A DNA stretch of 63,859 bases, filler included, from Bigelowiella natans CCMP2755 (GCA_000320545.1; 6 parts of 6 records of this genome joined end to end with filler, not necessarily neighbours in it); one strand, 5' to 3'; positions 33,768 to 48,164 are shown, counted from the first letter of the whole stretch. The notes: generated by a model not told the origin, from the letters alone. Numbers and translations are program-made.

Positions 33768-36700
33768 ATGTCGGCCGAAAATTTGGGAAGAAAGATTTTG
33801 AATGAATGGGGGGAAAATTCGATCTGCGACAACCATCAATCCTCAGGTATCTGTTTTCAAAGCAGCTCACCTTTCCGAATGAACACGATGAGAAATTCTT
33901 CGAAGGTTAGACAGATAATTACAGATGTCATCGGGATGCCCATCCCAACACAGGTTTTCTGGACGGAGAGAAAGCAAGAGGAAGGAATGCTTTTCAATAT
34001 TCGATTTATATACCGAATTTATCCTACAGAAAATGTTCCAAAAACACGAAAACCGAACTGCAAAGGAGCGCGGGAAAAAGTGAACCCCACCCACCTCCTT
34101 GTTCAGGGTTCCACAAGAACAATCATCGACAAGTTTCCGGAGCGGCCGCCATGCGAGTGGATTTAGCACAACATTAGAACATGGAAAATCGTTCAGTGAA
34201 AAGCTCGCACGAGCGCAAATCTTCTGAAGGGGAGGTCAGCAAAGGGGAATGCGAGCGGGGCATTTCCGTTTGCCTGCCTATCTGACTCGTTCTCTGTGCT
34301 GTATTGTAGAAGTTGAAGACGGAAGTGAATATGATCGATAAAGCCCTTGAAATGCTGGACGGAAGCATGGGTAGAGGAGCCCTCATCTCTTACTAGATAA
34401 CTAATTTGTCACCAGCTATGCCCTGATCTCTTACTTGATAACTAATTTGTCACCAGCTATGCCCTCCTCCCCCGCCATCATTTTACGCAGCCTGCCATTA
34501 ACACCGTGATCATCATAACTGATGTTAGGAGAGGGATCCATAGGTGGTTTCGATGCGTACTCCTCAGTCGAAATGGAAGACTCCTTCGATATGTCGCCTA
34601 GAAGCATGGATCGCCCGGCAGGAGGAGAGAGGGCTGCTTTTGGTGCTTTGGACGGCGAAGGGCCAGTTCCGACTCCTGAGGTACTGCTGACAGAGGGGGA
34701 GGGGGGGGAGGGGAGGGGAGGGGAGGGGAGGGGAGGGGCAAAAAGAATTAAGAGTACACTCGGGGATAATAGCCTGACACTGTTAATGAAGGCGTCTAAT
34801 TCTTTACCAATAAACATCCCACCCACTCCTTTCTTTTCATCCAGCCGAAAGAGAAGAGCAATAAGGAGACGGGGGGCGGGGTGAACTTTGCTAGCGTTCC
34901 AATCCCCGACTCTCCAGTCTTTGAAGAGAAGAAGGATGAGAATAAGGACGGCGCCGAAGCATCAGAGCAACAGGCATCGACGGGCAGCGTTCCTGAAACT
35001 CTTGGTGGAGGTGCCGTAATGGGCGCAGCTTTGGTGGATGAAGGGGGGAAGGGGGTTATGGATACGACACAATCTCCGAGTAAAGCGACAATGATACAAA
35101 TAGATGATTCTGAGAATAACACCAGCGAGAAGAAGTACGAGGACATTAGCATTGTCATATCGACTGCAGTCCCCGACGAGGAGGGAGAGGAGGAGGGAGA
35201 GGTCATCTCGAATGAAAAGCGTGTGGGGGAAGTAGTGGGGCGAGGAGAAATCCGTGAAGAAAAGACTGCTGATATTGGCCTGCAATCATCAAAATATTCC
35301 GAACCCTCCACGGTGGAAGAAGAGACGACTGGGCAGTCCCTGCGGCGTGAGGAGGAGGGGGGGGGTGGGAAGGGGGTTACAGATGCTCTTAAGGTGGATG
35401 GCCTTATCATCTACAGCAATGATGAAGAAAATGGCGATGCCGACGAAGAACAAGAACAAGAAGAAGAAGAAGAAGAAGAAGAAGAAGAAGAAAAGAAATC
35501 AGAAGATCCCTCTCCTCAGACGACGATGATTATCAGAGGAGAAGCGGGGGGGGGTTGGCAGGATGACGACACGGCATTGAATGGCGCAAATGAAAGCAAG
35601 TGGGGGAAAAGCTCATCGTTTCCACCATCGCCGCAGGTAGATCGAGACATCGAAAACAGCGGAGTCGACTCTTCCAACGACCTTGACGATGGGGAGATGA
35701 AAGGAGCAAACAGTGGCCTCACTGGAGGAGAGCAGCAGCAGCCCCAAAACGATGACGTTGAAAGACGAAAACGAGCGTTAAGGCTAAGGTGCCTACCCCA
35801 TAGGAAGAAGAAGAAGAAAATAAGATCCCAATCTTGTTGTAGAGCAGGCGAGTTGTATGTCTGTATTGAAAAGCATTGAATTCGCTTGCGAAACCTGCCC
35901 GAAAACATGCTGATGATTTCCCGTCCTGCGACACGGTTCAAGATGCTCAACGCACGTGCTGCCCTCGGCGCTTTTCAGTAGTATCTTGCATTTCTTTCGG
36001 GCCTTGTGCTTCTTCTTCTTCTTCTTCTTCTTCTTCTTCTTCTTCTTCGCGATGTGTAGAGATTCTCGATCACTATCACGCCTTGAGAGATGTGCAACGA
36101 TGATTCTGTGTGCTCTCTCTTGGCCGAGTTTCAGGGCATGTTTCGCGCATATTACCAGCGCTGATAAATCGTTGTTTTGCCTTCTTCATCTTTCTATCGT
36201 CCCTCACCCCCCCCCCCCTCCCTTTTCCCTCCATCTTGGATCAAGTCTCGATAAGATCGAAAGAGAGATTGAGTTCGCCCAAAGCCGAGGTGCATTCATT
36301 AGTGCTTATCATGATCCGTCATGCTCGTTCTCCCATCTTTGACAATCAATAATTAATAATTGCATCGATCTATATAGACTACGGTGCTTTTGGAGGTCAT
36401 GAGGGGAAGTTGGATAACGACCTCCCCGCCGATGACGGAGACATTTGCCATAAAGACAATGGCGGCCACACCCTTTTGCCGCTGATGCGTGCAAGCCCCC
36501 CCCCCCCTCCCATTTGCTTCAAGACTTCGTATTGCTGCTGTAACATCTTCATCATCATCGCCCTGGTTGGTTTAGTTCTGTGTTGTCAGATCAGAAATAC
36601 GTGTATATATATATATATATATATATATATGTCTAAATTATACGATAGATACGCCTCGTAAATCCTCTACTTCTGAATATGATGTGTAGTTTTTGATGCG

Positions 36701-37840
36701 TGCAGCCGCATCATCATCCACCATATGTAGTCGTTCCTGGTCAGAAATCTTAGAAATGCTGCGTGTGCCCTGCGTTGCGTGTGGTGGAGCTGGTGCGCGT
36801 GGGCGCTTGATGAGTTTGCTTCATCTCCCTTTGTAGAAAGCGGGCAGTCCCCCAGGATTGAATTCATTAGCATTTATCATGCTCTAATCGGAATATCATC
36901 ATCCGAAATCTTCTAGAGTTCATATGCGATGTGCCTACACCTAGCATCTTCCTTGGGGGATATGTTTTGCTAACAAACACGTTATCTATTTCCTCCCCCC
37001 CCACCCCCCCTTTCTCCCAGGCGTCCCTCCTCTTCGGTGTCGTCATCCACGCCGCCCCCCACATGTAGAGTGTGAGCGTGATACATTTCTTCTCGCTTTC
37101 TGTCTCTCTCCACACCATCCTCACGGGTTTGTTTTTGTTGTTTTTTAAGTATGCGTCCCGCCGCCGTCAAGTCAGCTAAGGTTGGATGGGACAACGGCGG
37201 AAGCTCGCGACCCTGCTCTCCTCTCTCAGTCTTCAATTCTCCGGCTGGGACAAGTAGCCTAAGGGGGGAGGGGGGGAGGGGCATTGCTCNNNNNNNNNNN
37301 NNNNNNNNNNNNNNNNNNNNNNNNNNNNNNNNNTTAATTAATTAANNNNNNNNNNNNNNNNNNNNNNNNNNNNNNNNNNNNNNNNNNNNATTTTTCCCCG
37401 GGGGTGAAAATGCCGAAAACGGGTTTTTGGGGGGGGCCTCCCTAAGCCCCAGAGTGAGGGGCCCTGGAGGGGAAAAAACCCGGGCAAGGGATCAAAACAA
37501 AACCAAAGGCCCCCTAAGTGACGATTTAAATTTGATCATGAAATTGGGCTAAGGCAAGAAGGAAAACCAAGACGAAGACAATGCATCCGAGTTTTGTATG
37601 GAAAGCAAAATTTCGGATATGACCCCCCCCCCCCCCCTCCTCCTCCTCCTCCTCCCCCCTCCTCAACAACAACCAAAGAACATTGTAGTAATGCTTGCCC
37701 TGTGAATCGTCATTGCTCAGGTTGAAAGATACATGCGCCGAATAGATAACGGTAAAGCAGCATTTCACAATATTTTGCTAATCTTATCGGAATCGCATCA
37801 TATTACATCTTCAGGCATGAGAATAAGAATCTTCGTTGTA

Positions 37841-37871
<31 letters not shown>

Positions 37872-38278
37872 CCGTTTCTTCCCTTGCTGTTTGTTGCTCC
37901 CCCACCTTCGTTTTGGTAAACGATTAGGCCTTCACTCTCTTCAGCTGTGTAGCGTCATCATCGCGCTTGTGTGCAGTGCAGGCAACACTGGGTTCGTTTG
38001 CAACCACCACCAGCAGCAGCAGCAGCAACAACAACAACAACAACCTATAGGAAAATTATGTACGTGTGTGTGTGTGTGTGTGTGGTGCAGGATATTGGAA
38101 CGCATGCAGCAGGTGCTTTTCCAGCAGGATTTATCATTGCAGGTGAATAGTAGTAGAAGAAGTAGTAGTAGATGCTGTTGGTTTCTTGTCTTGCTTCCTC
38201 TGTATAAATGATCAAAAGCAGCAGCATCTTACCAAAGGACCATATATGACGTGTCTCATAACTCATATATGCGCGCGC

Positions 38279-38324
<46 letters not shown>

Positions 38325-38643
38325 GTCAGAACGTGAAGGAGACTCTTGAAGAATACCATGCAAATATGGATGAGGAGGTGATAATTCCTTCATAGAGAAG
38401 GCTATTTCCATTTTTCTCCCAGGGTTGACATTCTCCAATATGGGAGTTGATCATTGTTGTTGTTTTATGGATATATCACTCGTTTGGTCGGATCTTCTTC
38501 ATCAGGAATCGAAGACTAGCGTCAAAATGAAGAAAATCGTCAAAAATCTTATGGGAATTATGGAGCAGGTCATCACGAGCGCGAATAAGCCAACAGAGCC
38601 AAAGAAATCCGTTGAGAGCGATAAAGATGCGCCTTCTAGCTAA
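33768..38643 (+). CDS. Uncharacterised multi-exon protein(s) with a long acidic low-complexity region; spans an assembly gap
   Basis: ORFs 33768-34166, 34522-34884, 34881-35879 (Glu-rich), plus short coiled-coil-like exons at 38090-38643. Confidence 0.4.
34385..34465. repeat. 41 bp-period tandem duplication
   Basis: ATCTCTTACT(A/T)GATAACTAATTTGTCACCAGCTATGCCCT occurs twice. Confidence 0.9.
37290..37389. other. Assembly gap with TTAATTAATTAA linker
   Basis: N-run with linker. Confidence 0.98.
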
Positions 38644-38995
38644 ACGTGTAGCATAGACAGAAGTGCTTTCTTCGCTTGCGTTGCATCATAACTTTTTCGC
38701 CTGCCACCTAGCTCTGAGCTGTGTATCATATCGTACGTGCAGTGATCGATACGACGATAGATGTGATAAAGTGAGAGCGCGGGTAGCAAAGTATGTGCTA
38801 CCTGCTTATTTACGGCACACACTGTACATCGGCGTACGCTATATAGCCTTATTGGCTATAGATTGTCATGTTATTACGCAGCTTTACATACATAGCTAGA
38901 GAGCCATGCGATGCTTGTATGCATCTAGGCATATCTACGACTAGCGATATGTGGCTATCATCGCTTCACGCTAGACGTACGCGGTGTCGTCGCAC

Positions 38996-39420
38996 ATATG
39001 AGACGGATGTAATGAACAATTAAATTTTTTCAATGGTCATCCTGATGTAGCTGTGCAATGCAGCGGCTACAGCGCTAATGTTACATCTGTTGGTTTCTGC
39101 CACCACGTGCTTCATGCATTTGAAAGCGTCCTCATGCGACCGATGTTCAAATACTAGCAGGTTAGCTAGCATGCATGGTCAGCGTACAAACTAGCTATGT
39201 ACGTAGATTCGCCTTGTACATTGTGTATTGTGTAGCTACGCATGCATGCTAGCTAGCTAGCGCATGGCAGACACAGTTCATCATCATCATAGCATGATGA
39301 TGATCATTGCGCAGCAGACGCCTATGTGTCATGTTGACCTAATACACATCACAAACAATCAATAGAATCGGAAAATAATAGACGCTTCCAACAGATACAA
39401 CTTGAGCGCTGTAGCCACTC
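38996..39420. repeat. Dispersed non-coding repeat (possibly MITE-like) with an internal inverted motif; partly TpA-edited
   Basis: 38996-39078 is homologous to 55642-55721. GCGGCTACAGCGCT (39063) is mirrored by AGCGCTGTAGCCAC (39405). Confidence 0.6.
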
Positions 39421-40005
39421 TAGCACTGCTTTTGCATAGCCACATTAGGATGACCATTGAAAAAAATTACACATTTCATTACATCCGTCTCATGCATGCA
39501 TGGCAAAGTAGTCTATTTTTTGTGGTATGCACGTACATGTACAATGAGCGAAAACACATTTGCAGTACACGTTCTAGCGTTGACTATCACATGTATACAT
39601 ACAAGTTATGGAGCTGATGGCTTGCGGTGTTAAATAAGGTAGTTCTGAATTTTCATCTTGGCTTTTTTTAGAGTAAGCTTCAGTATGGCGATCTTCTAAA
39701 CAAGCAAGGACCAATTGATTTGGCTTTGCCCCACTTACTTGGGTGCACATATACTCGCTAGATGAACGCATTTTAGACACATAGTATTTAAAAATTTTGT
39801 TGTTTTTTTGACACTGTCTTTTCCACTCTGTTGATGGGCTGTGGACGCCATTTCCATACTACTCCAGCAACTGATTACGTACCACTGTTTCCTTTCGACA
39901 GCACCATCGAAATCATGTATAATTTTCGGCAGCCTTTCCATCACAGTGCAGTAGGCGTAAAGTTCTTCTTCGCATCGTAGTGAACTACTACCACAGTTTT
40001 TATGA

Positions 40006-41115
40006 CTAGGCATGCGAGACAAGGTAGGAGCCTATGTCTGGCACTGAAATCTGACTGTTGCTCCCCCATGTCATCCTATTCGCGAAGGTTGGGATGTGAT
40101 TCGGCCGGTGAGTTGAGTGTAGAGCACCTCTATAATGTTTCTTCTTCTGGAGCGTCTTTGTGAGAGAGACTGCGCGGACCTTGCCTGCCGGCATGTTAGG
40201 AAGAAGCCCCTTCACCATTTGTGACCGCTTATTCCTCCTACCCCTTGACGTGGAGGGAATTGACTGCTGGACAGCCAGCTTATTGTAAGGTTGGGCCATA
40301 GGGTTGTAACTAGTGGTAGATCCATAAGCAGCAGCGGTATCGGTTGCTGCCATATCGTAACCACCCGTTCCTGCAGCACGCCGTTTGCGGCGCTTATTAT
40401 TCCTTCCGTAAAGGAGAGCAAGCACTTGTTTGTCAGACTGCTCCGCATTGGTTCCAGAGGTTGGTAGATAATGAGGACTAGGAGGATTCTGGCAATCTAC
40501 TCCGCGAGAAAGACGGTAAAGGGACTCCATGATGCCTATCCTCAAGTGCAGGTTCAGCTTGGAGATTAGCCCACGGATCTCCGTAATCTTTTTCCTGTCG
40601 TTCGATGATGACGAAGAAGAGGACCGCGAACTACAGTAACTAACTTTGGGTGATCCATATGATTCCTTGAGACATCCAATCAGATGGGAGTGGAAGCTCG
40701 TCCCGTGGAGGTTCACAAAGTTTCCACAACATGGGCAATGCTGCGAAGGTTGCTCCATTGAGGTACTATCAGAGTCACTCGAAGTACCGCTACCGGTAGA
40801 TAAGCGTTCTAGAAGGTCTGTTTCTGTTGGAAGAAAAGAATCCTTTTTGATAGGCGACAGAGGAGGCTTCTTGAAGGCTCCATAAAGCAACTTGGCACGA
40901 ACGGACGCGAACGGCGGTTCGGACAAACTAGCGCTAGGCATTTGCGGGAGGACAATCGGTAGCTCAGAGCTAACGAAACGAGAAGGGGAAATAAACGAGG
41001 AGGATGGAGTATTATGCGAGAGTGGGGACTTGAGCAGATCGTTGCTTCCCGCATATGGGAGAGGGTGAAAGAGAGAAGGTGAGCGGTTGAGAATGGAAAA
41101 GTTGTTCGGCACCAT
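40006..41115 (-). CDS. Protein with a C2HC zinc finger and an LNK-like C-terminal motif pair
   Basis: Single long ORF with CPCC...FHSHLIGC. LISKLNLHLRIGIMESLYRLSR and TNAEQSDKQVLALLY resemble the plant LNK motifs (LD..T.LCIRDSLYRLA and TNPIDR..AHLLF), compared from memory. Confidence 0.6.
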   Translation of the reverse strand: MVPNNFSILNRSPSLFHPLPYAGSNDLLKSPLSHNTPSSSFISPSRFVSSELPIVLPQMPSASLSEPPFASVRAKLLYGAFKKPPLSPIKKDSFLPTETDLLERLSTGSGTSSDSDSTSMEQPSQHCPCCGNFVNLHGTSFHSHLIGCLKESYGSPKVSYCSSRSSSSSSSNDRKKITEIRGLISKLNLHLRIGIMESLYRLSRGVDCQNPPSPHYLPTSGTNAEQSDKQVLALLYGRNNKRRKRRAAGTGGYDMAATDTAAAYGSTTSYNPMAQPYNKLAVQQSIPSTSRGRRNKRSQMVKGLLPNMPAGKVRAVSLTKTLQKKKHYRGALHSTHRPNHIPTFANRMTWGSNSQISVPDIGSYLVSHA

Positions 41116-42786
41116 GGAGAGCAAACGGGAATCTCGAACAAGGTTATGAAGGGGTTGTAAAACGGAACCGTAAAAGTGAGAGTTTTGGTTCTTTTATCCA
41201 AGAGGATCAAAAAAGGAGTAAGAAAGGGGATGGAACGAAAAGGGAAGGGGGAGCAACTAAATGTGTCTGAAAGGTCCACAACGTTAATTTGTTAAACTTT
41301 GTGGTTTTTCCGAGAACCTTAATTCGAAGTTTCAGTAACACGAAATAAACAGCCTTTACAACAACAGCACGTTTTTATTATATATGCAGATTTTGGTCCA
41401 ATATTTAATATAAATCAACTTAATTTTATGCTTTATTATTTAAATAAAAGAGAGAAATAATCTCAATAGAGTTGCAATAGGTTCAGATCATATTTCCTAT
41501 ATACTATGACAAGATAATTCAAGTGCATAAATATAATCCAAAATGTATTATTTATTTGTTATTATTAATAATAAAGGGTATAATTTGTCGTTATCATTAA
41601 ATATCCAACATATAGCTTTTCAAACTCATTTTTTAGGTCTTAATATAAATATTATATAGTGAGCATATATTGATATATTTGGTATTTTAAATTGTCGCTT
41701 TGAATATACACCGGCATTTAACAAATAAATATAACAATTTGTCACTAATCTACGATTCCTTCTCTTCCAGGAGAGCTTTGTAAAAATGGCCAAAGTTTTT
41801 CATATACTACCAATACAAAATCGCCGAAAAATGGTAGCTGTGCCAAAGGCACCTTTTTACTTCCGAAATCATGATCAGACGCTTTAATCAACATAAATAA
41901 CCTACATTCTGAATTTTTATTATCTCATCCGTCATACCGGGATTATATCCGTAGCGCAGTCGGCAAACCTGTCAAGCCCTAAACCTATCGAATTTCTTCA
42001 TTTTTAAAAATGCGCTGTGACAAATGAAATGCGGAAACGCTTGAAACGTTTACATATTTTAAGAATTGGAATACAATTACGGACGAATTACATATGAATG
42101 CACAATCCTATACAAAATACGCCATAAGAATTTCAGCGATTTATTCGGGCAGTTACAGAATCGGAGAAAAAAGAATTCTGCGAAGCTGTTCTACAGTGGC
42201 ACTGGCAGGCGACGGAGAGGATCTCGAAGAACATGTCTCAAGGTCAATATGTCATGTATTTTTAAAGAGAAATATGTTTGAAATTTTGTTTAATCATATT
42301 AAACCGACAATAAAAATAACATAATTATGAAAGAATATTTACGGCGTTCATGGTTACGTGACAATTCAGAAAATACAACAATTTCGTATGGATTTGGATC
42401 GTCTTATTTAGATAACGACTCACTTTAAATATTGACGTATGTTTTGAACTAAAGCATTATCTTGAAATAGCTGGCTTGGTTAATGGCGTCAGACTATTTG
42501 AAATTTTACACGATGACGTTGAATTAAAATTAAAGTGTGTTTATTAGTATGTCGTCATAAATTAACGTAATCAAACCTAGAAATACTGCTAGGTAGGGTG
42601 TCAAATCTGAAATTTAGACACGTCTGTTGGAAGTTCTTCTGCAAACTCCTGTACTGCATATTTGATGACGTAGAATAATTTATAACGACAACATATTCAC
42701 CGGTGTTGGGAGGAAGAAAGGAGGAATAAATGCGTATCTGGTAATTCTCAAAATTCTTTAAAATCTGAAAAGCACTTTCGCGCGAG

Positions 42787-44882
42787 ATGGAGTCCCTCAT
42801 CCCGGTGAGAAGCTGGCCGGGCATCGTAGCTGGAATGCCGGCTCTGTATTGAAGGGATGAGACAGATATATGCTTGATCTTTCTGAAAATAGAGATTGCA
42901 TGGATATTCTGAAACACAGTTATATGCTGTATGCCTTAAACTTAATATTTGAGGCGGGTTTGGGTTTGAACGCCCAACAAGTGCATAGTATTCTGCTTGA
43001 ATCTTTCACTGGCGTGAATATGCTTTCTCATTACAGGTGATCCAGAAGCTGCAGGATGTCTTCCAAATGGCAGGTCTGGGAGAGGCTCCAGGTAGTACAG
43101 TAGCTGTCCGCATGCCTCTTCGCTTAGGAACCATTAGGATGCTTTTGTGTCTGGGAGGACGGGCAATAATTCATATATGCATTTGATCACAGTGGACCTC
43201 CCACAACTTGTGGTAGTTGGCAGCCAGAGTGCAGGGAAAAGCTCTGTCTTAGAGAAAATCGTTGGAAGAGACTTTCTGCCTCGAGGTTCAAATAATTACT
43301 AATTACCAACACACATTCATCCAACCACTGTCACATACATTTATACATACATGCATACCATCGATTTGAGGCAACAACTTGATTTTCTCATTCTGGATAC
43401 TATTTATTTTGTCACAGGGAACACAATTGTGACGAGGCGACCGCTCGTCCTTCAGCTCACGAATACAACCGTAGGCGCTAGATAGTTTTAGATGATCCAT
43501 GTAATATTTAGTTAATGATTACTACAATGCAATGCTCCACTCATAGGTTCATAAGATGGGGACAGATTCCAAGGAATGGGGCGAATTTCTTCATCTCAAG
43601 GGGCAGAAATTCTACTCGTTTCAGCAGATCAAGCAGGAAATTATGAAGGAAACGGACAGGGCTGCAGGGAACAACTGTGGCATTTCCTCGAAGCCAATCA
43701 ACTTAAAGATATTCTCTCCCACTGTTCTAGATCTAACACTTGTTGACCTTCCAGGAATTACGAAAGTCGGTATTGTCAGGAAATGTGTGTGTGTGTGTGG
43801 TGTGTGTTAAGAAGTGTTTGCTGTGCCACCAACCCGTTGCTCTCAATGATGTTGGTCTCGTTTAAAAAAAAGATATCCATGGTGTCGTCTATATTTGCTT
43901 CCAGGTTCCCGTGGGAGATCAACCTGAAGATATAGAGAGACGAATCAGAGAGTCAGTGTTCTACCGATGATAGACATTGATGTCAAGAAAGGAATGCTGC
44001 AAACTTCATTGCCATACGCGATGCACAAAAGCAGCAGCAGCTCCTAGCTTGCAGTAGCATTTATTACAAAATAAGAAAAATTAATCTTGAAGAGGCTAAA
44101 TTTCCTGAAGCTGTTCGTTTTGTTGTTTCGATGACCATGAATGTTCTGTGTGTGCGTGAATTATGATCCGTATGCAGGATGGCGGTGCAATACATATCAA
44201 ACAAGAACTCAATTATCGTTGCTGTGAGGTAGTAGCGAGGGGGAGGCTTGGTTGGGGAGGAGCGATATGGCCTAGCTAATAAACAGGGGCTGCTCTAATG
44301 TTCCCGTTATTTCAACAACAATCCTCGCTCACATAGAAAAATATCAATATTATAGTGTCACATTTTCTTCTAAAGCGACGAACTTCGCCATTATTTTTCT
44401 GATTCGCCTTCGTCTTCCTTCTGCCGAGCTTAGCTTTGTTTAAGAACTCTTGCGGCAAATTTTCATCGAAATCTCTAGCAATCAACCAACCAGCCAACCA
44501 ACTAATCACAGCCCGGCGAATACGGACATGGCCAACTCGGAGTCGTTGAAACTCGCGCGACAAATAGATCCTGAGGGGTATTTATTTATTCGCTATCGTT
44601 ATTGAACAACGTTCCAGCACGAATCAGCTATCGATGGTGTCGTTGGTGTGTAATGATGATGATGATGATGATAGTGATGATAATTCAGGCATAGAACGCT
44701 GGGTATTCTGACTAAGATAGACCTGATGGATAAAGGCACAAATGCGTGGAATATGCTCAATGGAAAGGTTGTTGTAGGAGTTACTGCGTGGCTGTGTATG
44801 TAGCTGCTGCTGCATTTGGAAGTAATAGTTGTAGCAGTGGTAGTAGCCAGACATTTTGGATAGAGGTGATTATTTAACACTC

Positions 44883-44929
<47 letters not shown>

Positions 44930-45574
44930 TTGTGTGTGTGTTTGTGTGTGAGGAGGGAGAGGGAGAGAGAGAAAGATTGAAAGAAGGGTAATACAAATAC
45001 TCATGCTGCTGCATCTTAAACTAGGTGATATCTCTGCGACACGGGTATGTTGGCATGGTCAATCGAAGCCAGGAAGATATTGACAACGGAAAGGTCTATT
45101 AGTCATAACAGCAGCACACGCTTCTATGTCGTCAGTTGGCGTGCTTCATCATCCATCCATGAACATTGCTCTCACTGAACGACGATATGGTCAGACTGTG
45201 AGGCAAGCCATCGCAGATGAAACAAAGTTTTTCCGGTCGCACAAGGCGTATGCCTCGATCTCGCACAAGCTAGGGACGGGGTTCCTCACGCAGCAGCTCA
45301 ACAACATTCTTGTGCAGCATATTAAAAAGGTAAAAAAGTGCGCTGGTTGGTAGGAGGAGGGTATAATATGTATATGTACTCTGAGAGAGGTCTCTCGTGT
45401 ACGTGCGCAACTGCTTTCAGTAGAAACATGCACTTAAAATAATATGCTGGTGATACGTTATAGGTGCTGCCTTCGATGTCGGCCAAGATCACACAGCAGC
45501 TTGCTGAGAAGGAGGCAAAACTCAAAACGCTTGGTAAGTAGAAGCAAGAAAGATTTGGTAGATTAGCCTCACGG

Positions 45575-45608
<34 letters not shown>

Positions 45609-47574
45609 AATTATGATGATGTAGGCACTCCGGTTCCAAAAAATGACAAGGGAGGTGTCCTGCTCCAGCTCCTGCTCAAGTATAGTAAGGTCGGTGATCT
45701 CATCATCCTGCTTCTCATCATAACATTCATCCAACCCAATCGATCTTCGTCGTCATCATCTTCATCATCATCATCATCATCATTATCCCATTCGCCATAC
45801 CCTTCTTCTCTAACGCTGCTGCTGCTGCTGCTGCTGCTAATGTATTTCAGATGTTTGCGGATGCTATCGATGGAAAACTCACCAATCTCACGCAGGTACG
45901 TCGTACTTCGGGATGATGAAGAAGATCAAGGGGGGGGGAGGAGGAGTAGGATAACTTGTCGCCGGACTCTTTTTGGTTTTTGGCACTAGCACAGAATCAT
46001 CACACCTTCATCACCACCATCATCGTCACCACCACCTTCATCATCATCGTCAATGTTTCAGAATGACTTATGTGGAGGGAGTAGGATAAGCGACATATTC
46101 CACAACGTGTTCGCAAGGTGACAACCCTCGTGCGCACATATCACGTATACCCACCACACACACGCATACATACGCGCTCATACGACATTATCATCGTTCT
46201 AATTTTCTACTAATATTGATATACCAGATCTCTTCACAAGATCCAGCCCTTCGATGACCTCTCTGATCATCAGGTAGTACGTTCGCGCGTACGCACACAT
46301 CCATAATTTATGCTGCCTTCAATCCAAAACAGCTCTCTTCACACCGCAACAAAGACGACATACATTACGTCGTCGATGGCACTTTTCACTCTTAGCAGTA
46401 GTAGCAGCAAACCGCCCTTGTTAAGATCATAATCAATAGGGAGAAGGACAACCAATACACGTTCTCATCGACACTATTACTCTCCCCCACGTTTTCCTCC
46501 TCCTCCTCCTCCTCCCTTCTTGAATGATGTGAAAAGATTCGTACGGCGATTTTAAATGCTACCGCAACGAAACCATCGTTGTTTGTCACAGAGGATTCCT
46601 TCCAGCTCTTAGTAAGTGAAGAGCATATGGATCATCATCATCATCATCATGGCGCTAGTTATCTCAAACGCACGCATATAACATATCATCACAGCCATGT
46701 TGTCGCCATCACTTTTACCACAGAATAACCGATGATGGCAATACTGATGGTTTTGCAGAAGATGTAGTATCGGATGTGATGATGAGTATGGTGGTGGTGA
46801 TGATGATGATGATGATGATGACAGTGCAATTCTTTCTGTTTTCCACGTCTAATGCCAGGTGAAAAGGCAGATTGCTCGTCTAAAGACGCCTTCTGTGCAA
46901 TGCTCTGAGCTGGTGTACGATGAGCTGAGGCGTATCGCTGCACAGTGTGAAAACCTCATGGTAGTAGTAGAAATAGTAGAAGTAGTAGTAGTAGTAAGGG
47001 CAGCTCCAGCTTTGTGCGTGTTTTTACCATCTGTTTCCCCCCATCGGTCTCCTCGTTCTTCTCCCAGTCGCTGCTTGTTTCGATTTATGTGCAATGCTCA
47101 TCATCGTCATCATCATCATCCTCTGCTCCCCCTCCTCCTCCTCCCCTCCTCCATGCATATGCAGCCGGAGCTCAATAGGTTTCCAGAGTTAAAAGGCCGC
47201 CTTTCCGACTGTACAAGGAACCTCATCAAAGGGTAGTAAGTACCACTACGATGATATGATCATGCATGCTTCAATCCCGCACATACACAAACATAACGCA
47301 CATGGTGGCAACGACTATGGGGGGGGAAGTCAGGCGAAGGAGTGGGAGGATGTGGATGATATCAAGGAATATGGGCAGGAACTCACTGCTTTCTACTACC
47401 ACAACTACTACCAATCCTCCTCCTCCTGCTGCTGCTACTACTACTACCACTACTACTACTACAGGAAATTAGAACCGACAAAGGCGATGATAGCCAACCT
47501 GATAAACATTGAGCTGGCCTACATCAAGACGACACACCCCAACTTCATCAGCAGGTAATTTATATATACAATGT

Positions 47575-47620
<46 letters not shown>

Positions 47621-48109
47621 ATCTGCTGCCTACCTATCTACCTACCTATTTTTTAACGATTCTATATTTCCTTTTTAATTCCCTAATTACCGTTTCATTT
47701 TCTTCTTCCTCTTCTTCGTCCATCCCCCCGCCCTCCCCCCCGCACCACCCGTTCTTCCAGCTCCAAGGCGATGGCCCATGCGAAGAGCCAAGCTTCACAG
47801 GGCAATGAGTCGAGGCAGAAGGAGCTTCTGGCAAATCTCACAGATACACTCAACTCCATCACAGTGGTAGTTAGTAGTAGAGAGCATTGCACACTGTGGA
47901 GGCATTTAGAAAGACAACACGTTTAGAAGAGCAGAGAAACCTCCTTTGGTTTATGCCTTGCGAATTCGCGTATTCGCCGTGCCGTTGGACAAAATCATCA
48001 TCGAGGTGTTTCCATTACCAGCAGGGCTTAATTCTTGATTAATACTGTTTGCGCCCGCAATTAGAGACGCGGTCAAAGCTTCGCATATCTGTTTAATACA
48101 CACACACAC

Positions 48110-48164
<55 letters not shown>

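Noticed and set aside
41300-42700. Very AT-rich stretch as an organellar insertion or ncRNA
   Set aside because: No tRNA, rRNA or organellar gene motif recognised; most simply a divergent intergenic/promoter region.
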